The notes: a model not told the origin generated them from the sequence alone. A stretch of 20,000 bases of DNA from an uncultured virus (IMG/VR IMGVR_UViG_3300032223_003290) (IMGVR_UViG_3300032223_003290); one strand, 5' to 3'; shown: positions 1-7,940, counted from the first letter of the stretch. A program made the numbers and translations.

Positions 1-2
1 AG

Positions 3-1046
3 TTTGGAGATGATCGACGTTCTGAAATTCTTGCTCTTGAAGATGAAATTTCCTACGAAGATTTGATCAAAGAAGAAGATATCATTGTTTCCCTCACAAA
101 AGATGGATATATCAAGCGTGTTCCTCTTGATACATTCAGAACCCAAAACCGTGGTGGTAAGGGTGTAATTGGAGTCAAGGGACGTGAAGAAGATGAAGCA
201 TCTGATATCTTCAGCGGAACAACACATGACTTATTCTTGTTCTTTACAAATCAAGGTAATTTGTTAAAGAAGAAAGGTTATGAAATTCCTCTTGCTTCTC
301 GTACTTCAAAGGGCACACACCTTAATAATCTCTTGAATTTGACTGAAGGTGAGACTGTATCTTCAACAATTACACTCAAGTCTTTGGATGTTGATGGCTA
401 CTTCATTATGGTCACCAATAAGGGATTAATTAAGCGTTCTGAAATCCGTGAATACAATACAAGTTTGCGTAAACGTGGATTGAAGGCAATTACTCTCACT
501 GAAGGCGATAACTTAAACTTTGTGATGACTACTGATGGAAACAAGGATGTAATGCTTGTAACTTCATTGGGTATGGCTGTTCGATACAATGAAACATTAG
601 TTCGTTGCATTGGAAAGAATGGTCAAGGCAGTCGTTCAATGCTTCTAAGACCTGAAGATAGTATTGCAGCTATGCTTGCTATAGATGCAGAGTCTGATCC
701 TTCTGTACTGGTAATCACTGAATTGGGCAAGGGTAAGAAGACTTGGGCATCAGAATACCGTTCAACTGCTGGACGCTCTGTAAAAGGCCAAAGAACTATC
801 AACCAAACAAAGCGTGAACAAACAGGAAAAATTGTTTCTGCACTTGCCATCAATGACAGTGATGACATTTTGGTTTTGACAAGCAAAGGCAAAATGATGC
901 GTTGTAATTTGGATAGTTTACGCAACAAATCCAAGGCGACTCAAGCCACTACAATTGTTGCTTTAGATGATAATGATTCGGTACAAACTGCAGTAGTTGT
1001 TCCTAATGTAGGCGAATCAGAGTCAGAAGAAGAATTTACAGAATAA
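3..1046 (+). CDS. gyrA: DNA gyrase subunit A, C-terminal part (5'-truncated by window edge)
   Basis: Frame is open from position 3 (FGDDRRSEI...EDLIKEED), so the listed TTG start at 63 is internal. GyrA-box QNRGGKG; six beta-pinwheel blades (TKDGYIKR, TNQGNLLK, TNKGLIKR, TSLGMAVR, TELGKGKK, TSKGKMMR); acidic tail ESESEEEFTE. Confidence 0.95.
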   Translation, partial: FGDDRRSEILALEDEISYEDLIKEEDIIVSLTKDGYIKRVPLDTFRTQNRGGKGVIGVKGREEDEASDIFSGTTHDLFLFFTNQGNLLKKKGYEIPLASRTSKGTHLNNLLNLTEGETVSSTITLKSLDVDGYFIMVTNKGLIKRSEIREYNTSLRKRGLKAITLTEGDNLNFVMTTDGNKDVMLVTSLGMAVRYNETLVRCIGKNGQGSRSMLLRPEDSIAAMLAIDAESDPSVLVITELGKGKKTWASEYRSTAGRSVKGQRTINQTKREQTGKIVSALAINDSDDILVLTSKGKMMRCNLDSLRNKSKATQATTIVALDDNDSVQTAVVVPNVGESESEEEFTE

Positions 1047-1058
1047 TAGGTGTAAATT

Positions 1059-1445
1059 ATGGCTAACGCATTGTTTGATAGTGGAAGAGATGGTTTTTTA
1101 AATGGTCAATTCAATTGGTCGGCAGATAACTTTAAAGTAATTTTGCTTTCAAATCAATATACTGTTGACTTAATCAACCATACCACGACAGCAAACATTG
1201 GCGGAACAGTAGCTATATCAGGAGTTATGACTACCATAACTCCTGGTAAGGGCGTGGCAGATGCAAACGACTTAACTATATCTGGTGTTGCTGGAACTAC
1301 TGTAACTCAATACATAATTTTCCATGATACGTCAAAAAAACTAATTGCTTATTTTGACACATCATCAAATCTTCCAGTAACTCCCAATGGAGGGAACATT
1401 ACCCTTCAATGGAGTAATACAGATAACAGAATTTTCAAGCTCTAG
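1059..1445 (+). CDS. Conserved small phage virion (minor tail-associated) protein
   Basis: 128 aa; MANALF..GR..FL.G..NW..D..KV start and LIAYFDT...LPVTPNGGNIT.QW....N.IFKL end recall a widespread phage structural family; AGGTG RBS at 1048-1052. Confidence 0.7.
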   Translation: MANALFDSGRDGFLNGQFNWSADNFKVILLSNQYTVDLINHTTTANIGGTVAISGVMTTITPGKGVADANDLTISGVAGTTVTQYIIFHDTSKKLIAYFDTSSNLPVTPNGGNITLQWSNTDNRIFKL

Positions 1446-1464
1446 ATTTTCTAGAGCTTTTTTT
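1437..1464 (+). terminator. Rho-independent terminator overlapping the TAG stop
   Basis: AAGCTCTAGA (1437-1446) / TCTAGAGCTT (1450-1459) perfect inverted repeat running into a T tract ending at 1464. Confidence 0.8.
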
Positions 1465-1514
1465 ATAGGTAAAAGTGGTCTTGAAAAGAGAATTTTAACA
1501 ATTGAGACCACAAT

Positions 1515-2354
1515 ATGAACAACGCAACCATCAAAACTTGGATCAATAGAGCATATTTTATAGAAGCTAGTCATGTGAATGTTTTTGTAGCTTCTTCCAC
1601 TGGTGGAACTGGTGGAACAGGCGGTACTGGTGGAACAGGCGGTACTGGTGGTACAGGGGGAACAGGAGGCACAGGTGGGACTGGTGCTGGATCAGGTTCT
1701 ACTGTGCTTTATTTCTCAGTTCCAAATTCCTCTTCATATCCAGGGACAGGATATACCATTTATGACTTAAGCTCCTATGGAAATAATGGATATCTTTATA
1801 ATGGTACAAATTATGTAGACAATGGTAATGGAGACTATTTATTCTTTGATGGAACAAATAACTATGTAGGAATAAATACAACAGTAACTTCAAACACTGG
1901 AAATGTAAATATTACTGCTTGGGTAAATTCTTCAGTCGTTTCTCAATCAGGTCAAATGATTGTGTATGTTGGAAGTGAACAAAATCTCAATGGTTATGGA
2001 TTAGCAATTAACAAAGAATATGTTACTTCTGGAAATGTTTACATCAGGTATGGAAATGTTAGATGGTACAACTCTGGAATAGCACTCAGTTCAAATAGCT
2101 GGAATCATTTATCAGTCAATATAAACAGTGATACTTCGAACGATCTTTATGTAAATGGAATATTAAGATACTCTGGGCCTATTTCTGCAATTAATACTCC
2201 TACTTTGCATACTGAAATTGGCAGAAGTGATTATACCACTTACGCTTATCCAAGATATTTGAATGGGAAAGTGTCAGAAGTAATCATTTCAAGTGGCATT
2301 CTTACAACAAGCCAAATTTTGTCACACTATAACTCTACAAAGAACAACTACTAA
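1515..2354 (+). CDS. LamG/concanavalin A-like virion protein with Gly/Thr linker (putative adhesin/decoration)
   Basis: SSYPGTG..IYDLS..GNNG, FDGTNNYV, ITAWV, WNHL, LYVNG, YLNGKVSEV, LT.SQI..HYN are LamG_3-type motifs common in aquatic phages. Confidence 0.8.
   Translation: MNNATIKTWINRAYFIEASHVNVFVASSTGGTGGTGGTGGTGGTGGTGGTGGTGGTGAGSGSTVLYFSVPNSSSYPGTGYTIYDLSSYGNNGYLYNGTNYVDNGNGDYLFFDGTNNYVGINTTVTSNTGNVNITAWVNSSVVSQSGQMIVYVGSEQNLNGYGLAINKEYVTSGNVYIRYGNVRWYNSGIALSSNSWNHLSVNINSDTSNDLYVNGILRYSGPISAINTPTLHTEIGRSDYTTYAYPRYLNGKVSEVIISSGILTTSQILSHYNSTKNNY
1599..1679 (+). repeat. Nine tandem Thr-Gly-Gly units (ACN GGN GGN)
   Basis: 9 x 9 bp units, identical in protein, variable at third codon positions. 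Confidence 0.95.
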
Positions 2355-2367
2355 ATGGGAATTCACT

Positions 2368-2685
2368 ATGCTTAATAATGTATATTTATCAGAAACAACT
2401 TTAAAAATTTATGCTCACTTAAAAGATGAAAGTGGCAGTGGTGTTACTGCAGATAGTTTGACATTTTATATCACTGAGCCTGGTGGAATTGGCTATACAT
2501 ATTATTACGGTGTTGGTTCAGGAAGTGGAAATTCCCAACCTGTTCAATCTACAGACACAGTTGGTATTTATTATAAACAATGGACACCTTCTAGAGTAGG
2601 CACATATAAATATTCTTGGAAGGCTTCGGGATCGATAAACACAACTTCTAAAAGTTTTTTTGAAGTTAAAGATTATAGGTGGTAA
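2368..2685 (+). CDS. Small Ig-like/beta-rich phage protein (probable virion component)
   Basis: ATG at 2368 preferred to 2293 because it avoids a 62-bp overlap. 105 aa with LTFYITEPGG...GIYYKQWTP...GTYKYSW beta-sandwich pattern; stop abuts the next start. Confidence 0.6.
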   Translation: MLNNVYLSETTLKIYAHLKDESGSGVTADSLTFYITEPGGIGYTYYYGVGSGSGNSQPVQSTDTVGIYYKQWTPSRVGTYKYSWKASGSINTTSKSFFEVKDYRW

Positions 2686-3636
2686 ATGGCTTTCCCAGGC
2701 ATACTTACTAGGGGTGAATTTTCAACAGGACTTAATACAAAAAGTATCTGTGTCAATGGAAATTACCTCATTGTTGAAGAGTGTAATATAAATCAAGTTC
2801 AAGATCACAATTTGAACAATTATATTCAAGGTGGCCCAGCTTATGCAATTTATAATCTTGGAGCAAAAAAATATGAAGGTTCAATCTCTTTTCCATTAAG
2901 AATTGATCAAGAAGGAAATATAGAAACCGCAGCTAAAATTTTGCTACAATATGCAGCCAAGCCTATGTCTACATTGACAATTGACACTCATCATTTACTT
3001 TCTAGCAAAACTACAACGGTTCTAGATCCAGGAACAGACAATAATAAGAATCTTTCGTTAGATTCTGTTGTGATAAGTAATTTGACCATATCTTGCAGTG
3101 AAAATAATAAAGTTATTGTCAGATTAGATGTAACAGGAATGGTTGATCAAGAAAAAGAGTCTGAATTTAATTTTAGCACAGATTTTATTTTAGGAAGAGC
3201 TTTGACTTGGGCAGACTGTAATGCTAGTAGAAAAGAATCATCCATGAGAACAACTTCGAGTATAGAAGTTAAAATTGAAAATGAATTAATAACTCCTGTG
3301 TTCTTAATGCCTTACTTATCATATCCTGGTGCTGGAGTAACTGAATCTAAAGATCAAATAGAATTGATTGGAGTTCAGTCTACAAAATGGAGTGGCACTT
3401 TTGCAGAAGTTATCAGAAATGGAGCTGATTTGAATACGTTTATTCATGGTGGTCTTATGCATGATTCTAATTTAGTGCTTCAATTTGGTCCTGTTTCAGC
3501 TACATTTCCAAACCCAGTTTTCAAAATTGGGCAAACTCCATTGACAGCTCAGATAATAAGGAGAACTACAGAATGGGCTGGAATAAATAAACCTGATGCT
3601 TCTATGAACGATAATGGATTATTCACTTTTATTTAA
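2686..3636 (+). CDS. Tail-tube-like protein (paralog 1)
   Basis: 316 aa, beta-rich; aligns by eye with 3726-4748 (KS..IVE..IQGGP..I..LG..SI..P.I and F..PY..Q...IGV....SG). Confidence 0.55.
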   Translation: MAFPGILTRGEFSTGLNTKSICVNGNYLIVEECNINQVQDHNLNNYIQGGPAYAIYNLGAKKYEGSISFPLRIDQEGNIETAAKILLQYAAKPMSTLTIDTHHLLSSKTTTVLDPGTDNNKNLSLDSVVISNLTISCSENNKVIVRLDVTGMVDQEKESEFNFSTDFILGRALTWADCNASRKESSMRTTSSIEVKIENELITPVFLMPYLSYPGAGVTESKDQIELIGVQSTKWSGTFAEVIRNGADLNTFIHGGLMHDSNLVLQFGPVSATFPNPVFKIGQTPLTAQIIRRTTEWAGINKPDASMNDNGLFTFI

Positions 3637-3725
3637 AAAGGTAAGCATCAATAAAATAAAGAATATTTTGAATAACCTAAAAAAACAAAAGAAGTTAATA
3701 AATCTTTTGAAAGTGAGTTGATAAA

Positions 3726-4748
3726 ATGCCTATTAATAATGATATCCTTGGTATTTACAAATCAGTATATATCACAATTGCTGGTGGAACTGCTAAATCA
3801 TATATTGTTGAAAGTGCCAGCAGAAACGTTACCATTGACGCATCACCTAAAGTATTGATGCAAGGAAGCCCGAAAACTAGAATTATGGACATTGGTGGAG
3901 TTTCTGAAACCATTTCCATTCAAGCTCCTATCTTAATTGGTGGTGGTGCAGCAGCTGATGGTAGAGCCATTGCCACACAAAAAATCAATGAGATTCTCGA
4001 TCCTACTACCGCATCTTTACCAATCCTCAAATCTGCTTCATATAGCATTAATGAGGGTGGCGGATCTGTTTCATTAACTCTTGAGAGTGACGGCGATTCT
4101 GGTGTTGGTACTTCCGCATTCTATGTTGTAAATTCCAACGTTCCACACCCATCTTTGAACCCTGTTGGAACTGGTGGATCAAACACCACAGCTTATGGTC
4201 CTACAAGAGTTGCACGTTTCTATGACTTTAGAGCACAAATCGGTGACAGAAAATACTTCATCCAAGAAGCTAGCGTTGATGTAAACGTAGAGACCCAAAA
4301 AACCTACTTCATCAACCCTTACGACTTCAATGATCCTAACGCAGGATACACATTGAGTGGTGGTGGTGGTACATCATTACCTTCAGCATTGTCTGGTAAT
4401 GGTATCTCCTACAAGTATGGTACTCAATTCCCACATATCGGTGTCAATGGTTTGACCATTTCCGGTAAGGGTAAAGGTGCTGTTGTTGTTGGTTCAACAT
4501 ATGCTTCTGAAACAACCGCTGGTGTTACTACTCAATCTGCTGGTACAACAGTTCTTGCTAGTGCAGGAAGTGTAACCTTTGCACTTGAAATTGCTCAACA
4601 AACCGGCTTTAATATGTCAGCTGCTCCTACATGGGGAAGCTTGATCCCTGGTATTGGATTATCAAAGGCAGTTATCAATGCTACCAACTTCTCTGTAAGT
4701 ACTGGTATCTTGACTGTTGACTTTGACTTTATGTGCTACGTTGTCTAA
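3726..4748 (+). CDS. Tail-tube-like protein (paralog 2; candidate major tube subunit)
   Basis: 340 aa, G/S/T/A-rich, two tube-like motif blocks; frequent TTC/AAC/ATC/GGT codons suggest high expression; has its own 89-bp upstream intergenic region. Confidence 0.55.
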   Translation: MPINNDILGIYKSVYITIAGGTAKSYIVESASRNVTIDASPKVLMQGSPKTRIMDIGGVSETISIQAPILIGGGAAADGRAIATQKINEILDPTTASLPILKSASYSINEGGGSVSLTLESDGDSGVGTSAFYVVNSNVPHPSLNPVGTGGSNTTAYGPTRVARFYDFRAQIGDRKYFIQEASVDVNVETQKTYFINPYDFNDPNAGYTLSGGGGTSLPSALSGNGISYKYGTQFPHIGVNGLTISGKGKGAVVVGSTYASETTAGVTTQSAGTTVLASAGSVTFALEIAQQTGFNMSAAPTWGSLIPGIGLSKAVINATNFSVSTGILTVDFDFMCYVV

Positions 4749-4753
4749 TTAGA

Positions 4754-5245
4754 TTAGTCTTCATCGTACATAAAATTTTCATAATCCCAGTCTTCATCTA
4801 GTGGTTCCATATTATCCCAGACATCAAAAACAATTTTCAAATTGGTCTGGGATAATATGGACAAGATGATCCCATCACATAAAGACATTATTAAATAAAA
4901 ATTATTTAATTTTTTATCAATAAATTTCACTGATGTATAAACTACATCACCAACCTTGTTTTCTATCTCAACACTCTCAACATCAGATTTATAAACATCT
5001 AATAATTTCATAAAAGCCTGATGTATAGTCTGTATATGAGAATTCTTATGATAATCTTTGGCTACAAAAGTTAGCATTCCTGATTCAAAAGAATTCATTT
5101 CAACAGCAGATTTTTTGTCCCCATCACTTAAAACAACAAAAGATCTTCCTTCGGGGTTTACAACAACACTTTCAACTAAGATAGGTATTAGCTCATAACG
5201 ATTACTGTTGTCAAGCGAATGCCTATCTATTTTTTTATCACTCAT
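4754..5245 (-). CDS. Divergent DUF151 / bifunctional nuclease (BFN) domain protein
   Basis: VVL.DGD....EM..FE, TIHQ, VESVEI....G..Y, SLCDGIILS follow the DUF151 layout (VVL..., FEA, THD, V.I, FYA, RPSDAIALA); acidic tail; ATGA overlap with upstream gene. Confidence 0.65.
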   Translation of the reverse strand: MSDKKIDRHSLDNSNRYELIPILVESVVVNPEGRSFVVLSDGDKKSAVEMNSFESGMLTFVAKDYHKNSHIQTIHQAFMKLLDVYKSDVESVEIENKVGDVVYTSVKFIDKKLNNFYLIMSLCDGIILSILSQTNLKIVFDVWDNMEPLDEDWDYENFMYDED

Positions 5246-5634
5246 TTTTTTATCTCACAGGTTTTACAATGCTTGCACATGTTGTCATTCATTAAAGAAG
5301 ACAAAGCCATCAATATACCACCTAAAATCATAAATATATTAAATAAATCGAATTGAAATCCTATATGATGATTGTGATGATGCAGTAATCTTCCAATAAC
5401 AAATAAGAACAATCCTAAAGCTAATACTGCTAAAGCCTTATTAGACTTATGTTGTCTATAACCAAAACAAACATTTGTAATATTAAACAACAATGAAAAT
5501 GCCAACAATATATATTCGAATGTTTCATTGATAAATAAATAAATACCTGTTGTTGGAATTAATATAGCAAGTAAGGGCAAAATAGTACAATGAATTGCAC
5601 AAACTACAGATGCCCACATTCCAACATTTTTCAT
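5242..5634 (-). CDS. MerC-family membrane protein
   Basis: G.WAS..CAIHC..LP, GYRQH, four hydrophobic segments, HHHNHH loop, C-terminal CKHCKTC; ATGA overlap with the dnaK stop. Confidence 0.8.
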   Translation of the reverse strand: MKNVGMWASVVCAIHCTILPLLAILIPTTGIYLFINETFEYILLAFSLLFNITNVCFGYRQHKSNKALAVLALGLFLFVIGRLLHHHNHHIGFQFDLFNIFMILGGILMALSSLMNDNMCKHCKTCEIKK

Positions 5635-7322
5635 TTCATTTTCTCTTTTGCAAATTCATGAACTGATAAAGACTTTTCTTTTATTGTTTCTTTTGCGGAT
5701 TCCAATAAACTTGAAAGAAGTTCTATATTTTGACTCTTTCCATCTTCTTTGATAGAATATTTCAAGTCTAACAAATCATTAGTATCATTTTTACTTAGTA
5801 CATTTGTTCTAAGTAATTCTTCAATTTGAATTTCACAATCATAAAGAAGATCGTGCATATTTGTAATCTTTCTAAAATATTCATCTTCATCTTTGTGTTT
5901 TTGTGCATCGTTAATAATTTTTGATATCTCTTCATTTGATAACGATGCTTGCCCAGTAATCTCAATATCTTTATTGACTCCAGTGTCTAAATCTTGAGCC
6001 TTGACTGAAAGTATACCATTTGCATCAATTTCAAAAGCAACCTCAATCTTTGGCACTCCTCTTGGCTTCTTATCTATACCATCAAGCTTAAATTCACCAA
6101 GGCATAAATTATCAACCGTCTTTGGTCTCTCACCTTGGTAAATCTTAACATCTACAGAAGTTTGGTCATCATATGCAGTTGTAAAGATTTCCTTAATAAC
6201 TGCTGGAACTTGAGTATTTCTTGGAATTAACACACTCATAATTCCACCTTGAGTTTCTACACCCAAAGATAATGGACAAACATCTAAAAGAAACACTTCT
6301 CTGCTTGATTTTCCTGTCAAAACCGATGCTTGAATTGCTGCACCTATCGAAACGGCTTCATCAGGATTAATTGACTTATTTGGCTTTTTTCCGAACTTTT
6401 CTTCAATAACTTTTTCAATGAGTGGAATTCTTGTACTTCCACCAACAAAAACAACTTCATCAATTTGATTTGTTCTTACATTTCCATCTCTTAAAGCATC
6501 ATTTACACAAGCCATAGTTTTGTCAATATAATGCCTAATAGAATCTTCAAATTCTTCACGAGTGATTTTTGTTGAACTTTTAGCAACCATCACATTTGCA
6601 ACTGTCATATGAGAAAGCATTTTTTTAACTTTTTCAGATATGTTTCTTAACTCAGCAGGTTCTAATGTATTTGGAGTTTTATCGCATATAATTTTACTTA
6701 TAGCAGAATCAAAATCTACACCACCAAGAGATGTATTTCCTGATGTAGATTGAACATGAAAATCAACACCATCCATAAGTTTGAGTAATGTAACATCAAA
6801 TGTTCCACCACCCAAATCATAAACAAGAATAGTGGCATCATTTTTCTTATCTAAACCATATGCCAAAGATGCTGCTGTAGGTTCGTTGATAATTCGGAGT
6901 ACTTTAAGTCCTGCCAATTCTCCAGCTGTTTTTGTTGATTGTCTTTGGTCGTTATTGAAATATGCAGGGACAGTGATAACAGCTTCAGTGACTTCAGAGC
7001 CCAAATGTCTTTCTGCACAATTTTTAAGATATTTAAGTATATAAGATGAAATTTCTTCTGGGCTGTATGATTTATCTCCGATGATAAATCTCTTATTAGT
7101 ACCCATATGTCTTTTAACAACACGTATAGTATGAGAAAAGGGCAAATGCTGCTCCATATCAACAGCATATTGCCCTACATATACTTCATCTCCAAATGAT
7201 ACAACACTTGGAGTAATTCTTTCGCCTAAATCATTTGGAATAACTTCTGCTTGATCGTTCTCATTTACATAAGAAACAACACTAAAAGTACTTCCTAAAT
7301 CAATTCCAATAGCATAACTCAT
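5631..7322 (-). CDS. dnaK: Hsp70/DnaK chaperone (compact, divergent)
   Basis: GIDLG, TPSVV, VITVPAYF, RIINEPTAA, DLGGGTFD, LGGVDFD, VGGSTRIP, NPDEAV, linker VFLLDV.PLSLG, QGER, PRGVP.IEV.F.ID.NGIL. Confidence 0.95.
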   Translation of the reverse strand: MSYAIGIDLGSTFSVVSYVNENDQAEVIPNDLGERITPSVVSFGDEVYVGQYAVDMEQHLPFSHTIRVVKRHMGTNKRFIIGDKSYSPEEISSYILKYLKNCAERHLGSEVTEAVITVPAYFNNDQRQSTKTAGELAGLKVLRIINEPTAASLAYGLDKKNDATILVYDLGGGTFDVTLLKLMDGVDFHVQSTSGNTSLGGVDFDSAISKIICDKTPNTLEPAELRNISEKVKKMLSHMTVANVMVAKSSTKITREEFEDSIRHYIDKTMACVNDALRDGNVRTNQIDEVVFVGGSTRIPLIEKVIEEKFGKKPNKSINPDEAVSIGAAIQASVLTGKSSREVFLLDVCPLSLGVETQGGIMSVLIPRNTQVPAVIKEIFTTAYDDQTSVDVKIYQGERPKTVDNLCLGEFKLDGIDKKPRGVPKIEVAFEIDANGILSVKAQDLDTGVNKDIEITGQASLSNEEISKIINDAQKHKDEDEYFRKITNMHDLLYDCEIQIEELLRTNVLSKNDTNDLLDLKYSIKEDGKSQNIELLSSLLESAKETIKEKSLSVHEFAKEKMK

Positions 7323-7336
7323 AAGAATAATTGTAC
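7323..7336 (-). promoter_or_regulatory. -10 box TACAAT 7 nt before the dnaK ATG (candidate leaderless promoter)
   Basis: Minus strand reads G TACAAT TATTCTT ATG; no SD present. Confidence 0.5.
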
Positions 7337-7337
7337 A

Positions 7338-7691
7338 TTATTCTGATTCGTCAGGTAAAACCGTGCCTCCAGGAACATATCCTTCCATTAATTCTTTTAA
7401 AGAATCTTTATTTTCCAGCTTTTTCTTAAAGTCCAATGTTTCTTTTTTTGTTATTGGCCCATTAGGAGATAATTTACTCTCGTCTTTTGGCAAATCTGAT
7501 CTATAATCGTGAGCCATAGACATAAGTTGTGTCACCGCAAATGTGTCTTTACATTTTGAGCATCTCATAATTGCATATACTTCAACTTCTGATTTAGGAA
7601 GCCAACCAAGATGAGAAGCTTTTGTAAATTGTGTTTTGCAATTACGATTAAGACAACATTTGGGTTTGCCGACGATGGTTTGATGAAACAT
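7338..7691 (-). CDS. Zn-ribbon-like hypothetical protein
   Basis: GGAGGTG five nt before the ATG at 7691 fixes the start (117 aa); CCLNRNC ... RCSKC cysteine pairs. Confidence 0.7.
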   Translation of the reverse strand: MFHQTIVGKPKCCLNRNCKTQFTKASHLGWLPKSEVEVYAIMRCSKCKDTFAVTQLMSMAHDYRSDLPKDESKLSPNGPITKKETLDFKKKLENKDSLKELMEGYVPGGTVLPDESE

Positions 7692-7800
7692 AGCACACCT
7701 CCAATGCGCAATAAGCACTTTATTATTCCTTGCAAAACATATCCCAACTTTTATTAAGAAGCCTTAATAGGATAAGAAACCCTCCATGCTGTATACTATT

Positions 7801-7843
7801 ATAGTCCACTGGCGGATAAATTCAGGCCAGTGGACTATTTTTT
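7801..7843 (+). terminator. 13-bp perfect hairpin with + strand T tract (terminator/attenuator-like)
   Basis: ATAGTCCACTGGC (7801-7813) / GCCAGTGGACTAT (7826-7838), followed by TTTTT. Confidence 0.7.
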
Positions 7844-7860
7844 GTGTAAGGAGGTTAATT

Positions 7861-7932
7861 ATGAAAATATTTGAACAATTAGAAGAAATGATGAATCAAG
7901 TTATTTCAGCTTTATTCAATGTAGAATTGTAA
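7861..7932 (+). CDS. 23-aa small peptide MKIFEQLEEMMNQVISALFNVEL (absent from ORF track)
   Basis: Strong SD TAAGGAGGT five nt upstream of the ATG; TAA at 7930-7932; followed by a hairpin. Confidence 0.55.
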   Translation: MKIFEQLEEMMNQVISALFNVEL

Positions 7933-7940
7933 GGTAACTT

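Noticed and set aside
1443..1445. Possible stop-codon reassignment, as in some large phages
   Set aside because: TAG ends the gene at its expected IFKL terminus within a terminator, TGA stops occur in ATGA overlaps, and coding density is high under code 11.
1515..2354. Diversity-generating retroelement target in the LamG or giant protein
   Set aside because: No reverse transcriptase and no template/variable repeat pair were seen in the window.
4744..4753. Palindrome TCTAATTAGA at the convergence of the two gene blocks
   Set aside because: Short, AT-rich and loopless, and partly formed by the stop codon; likely chance.
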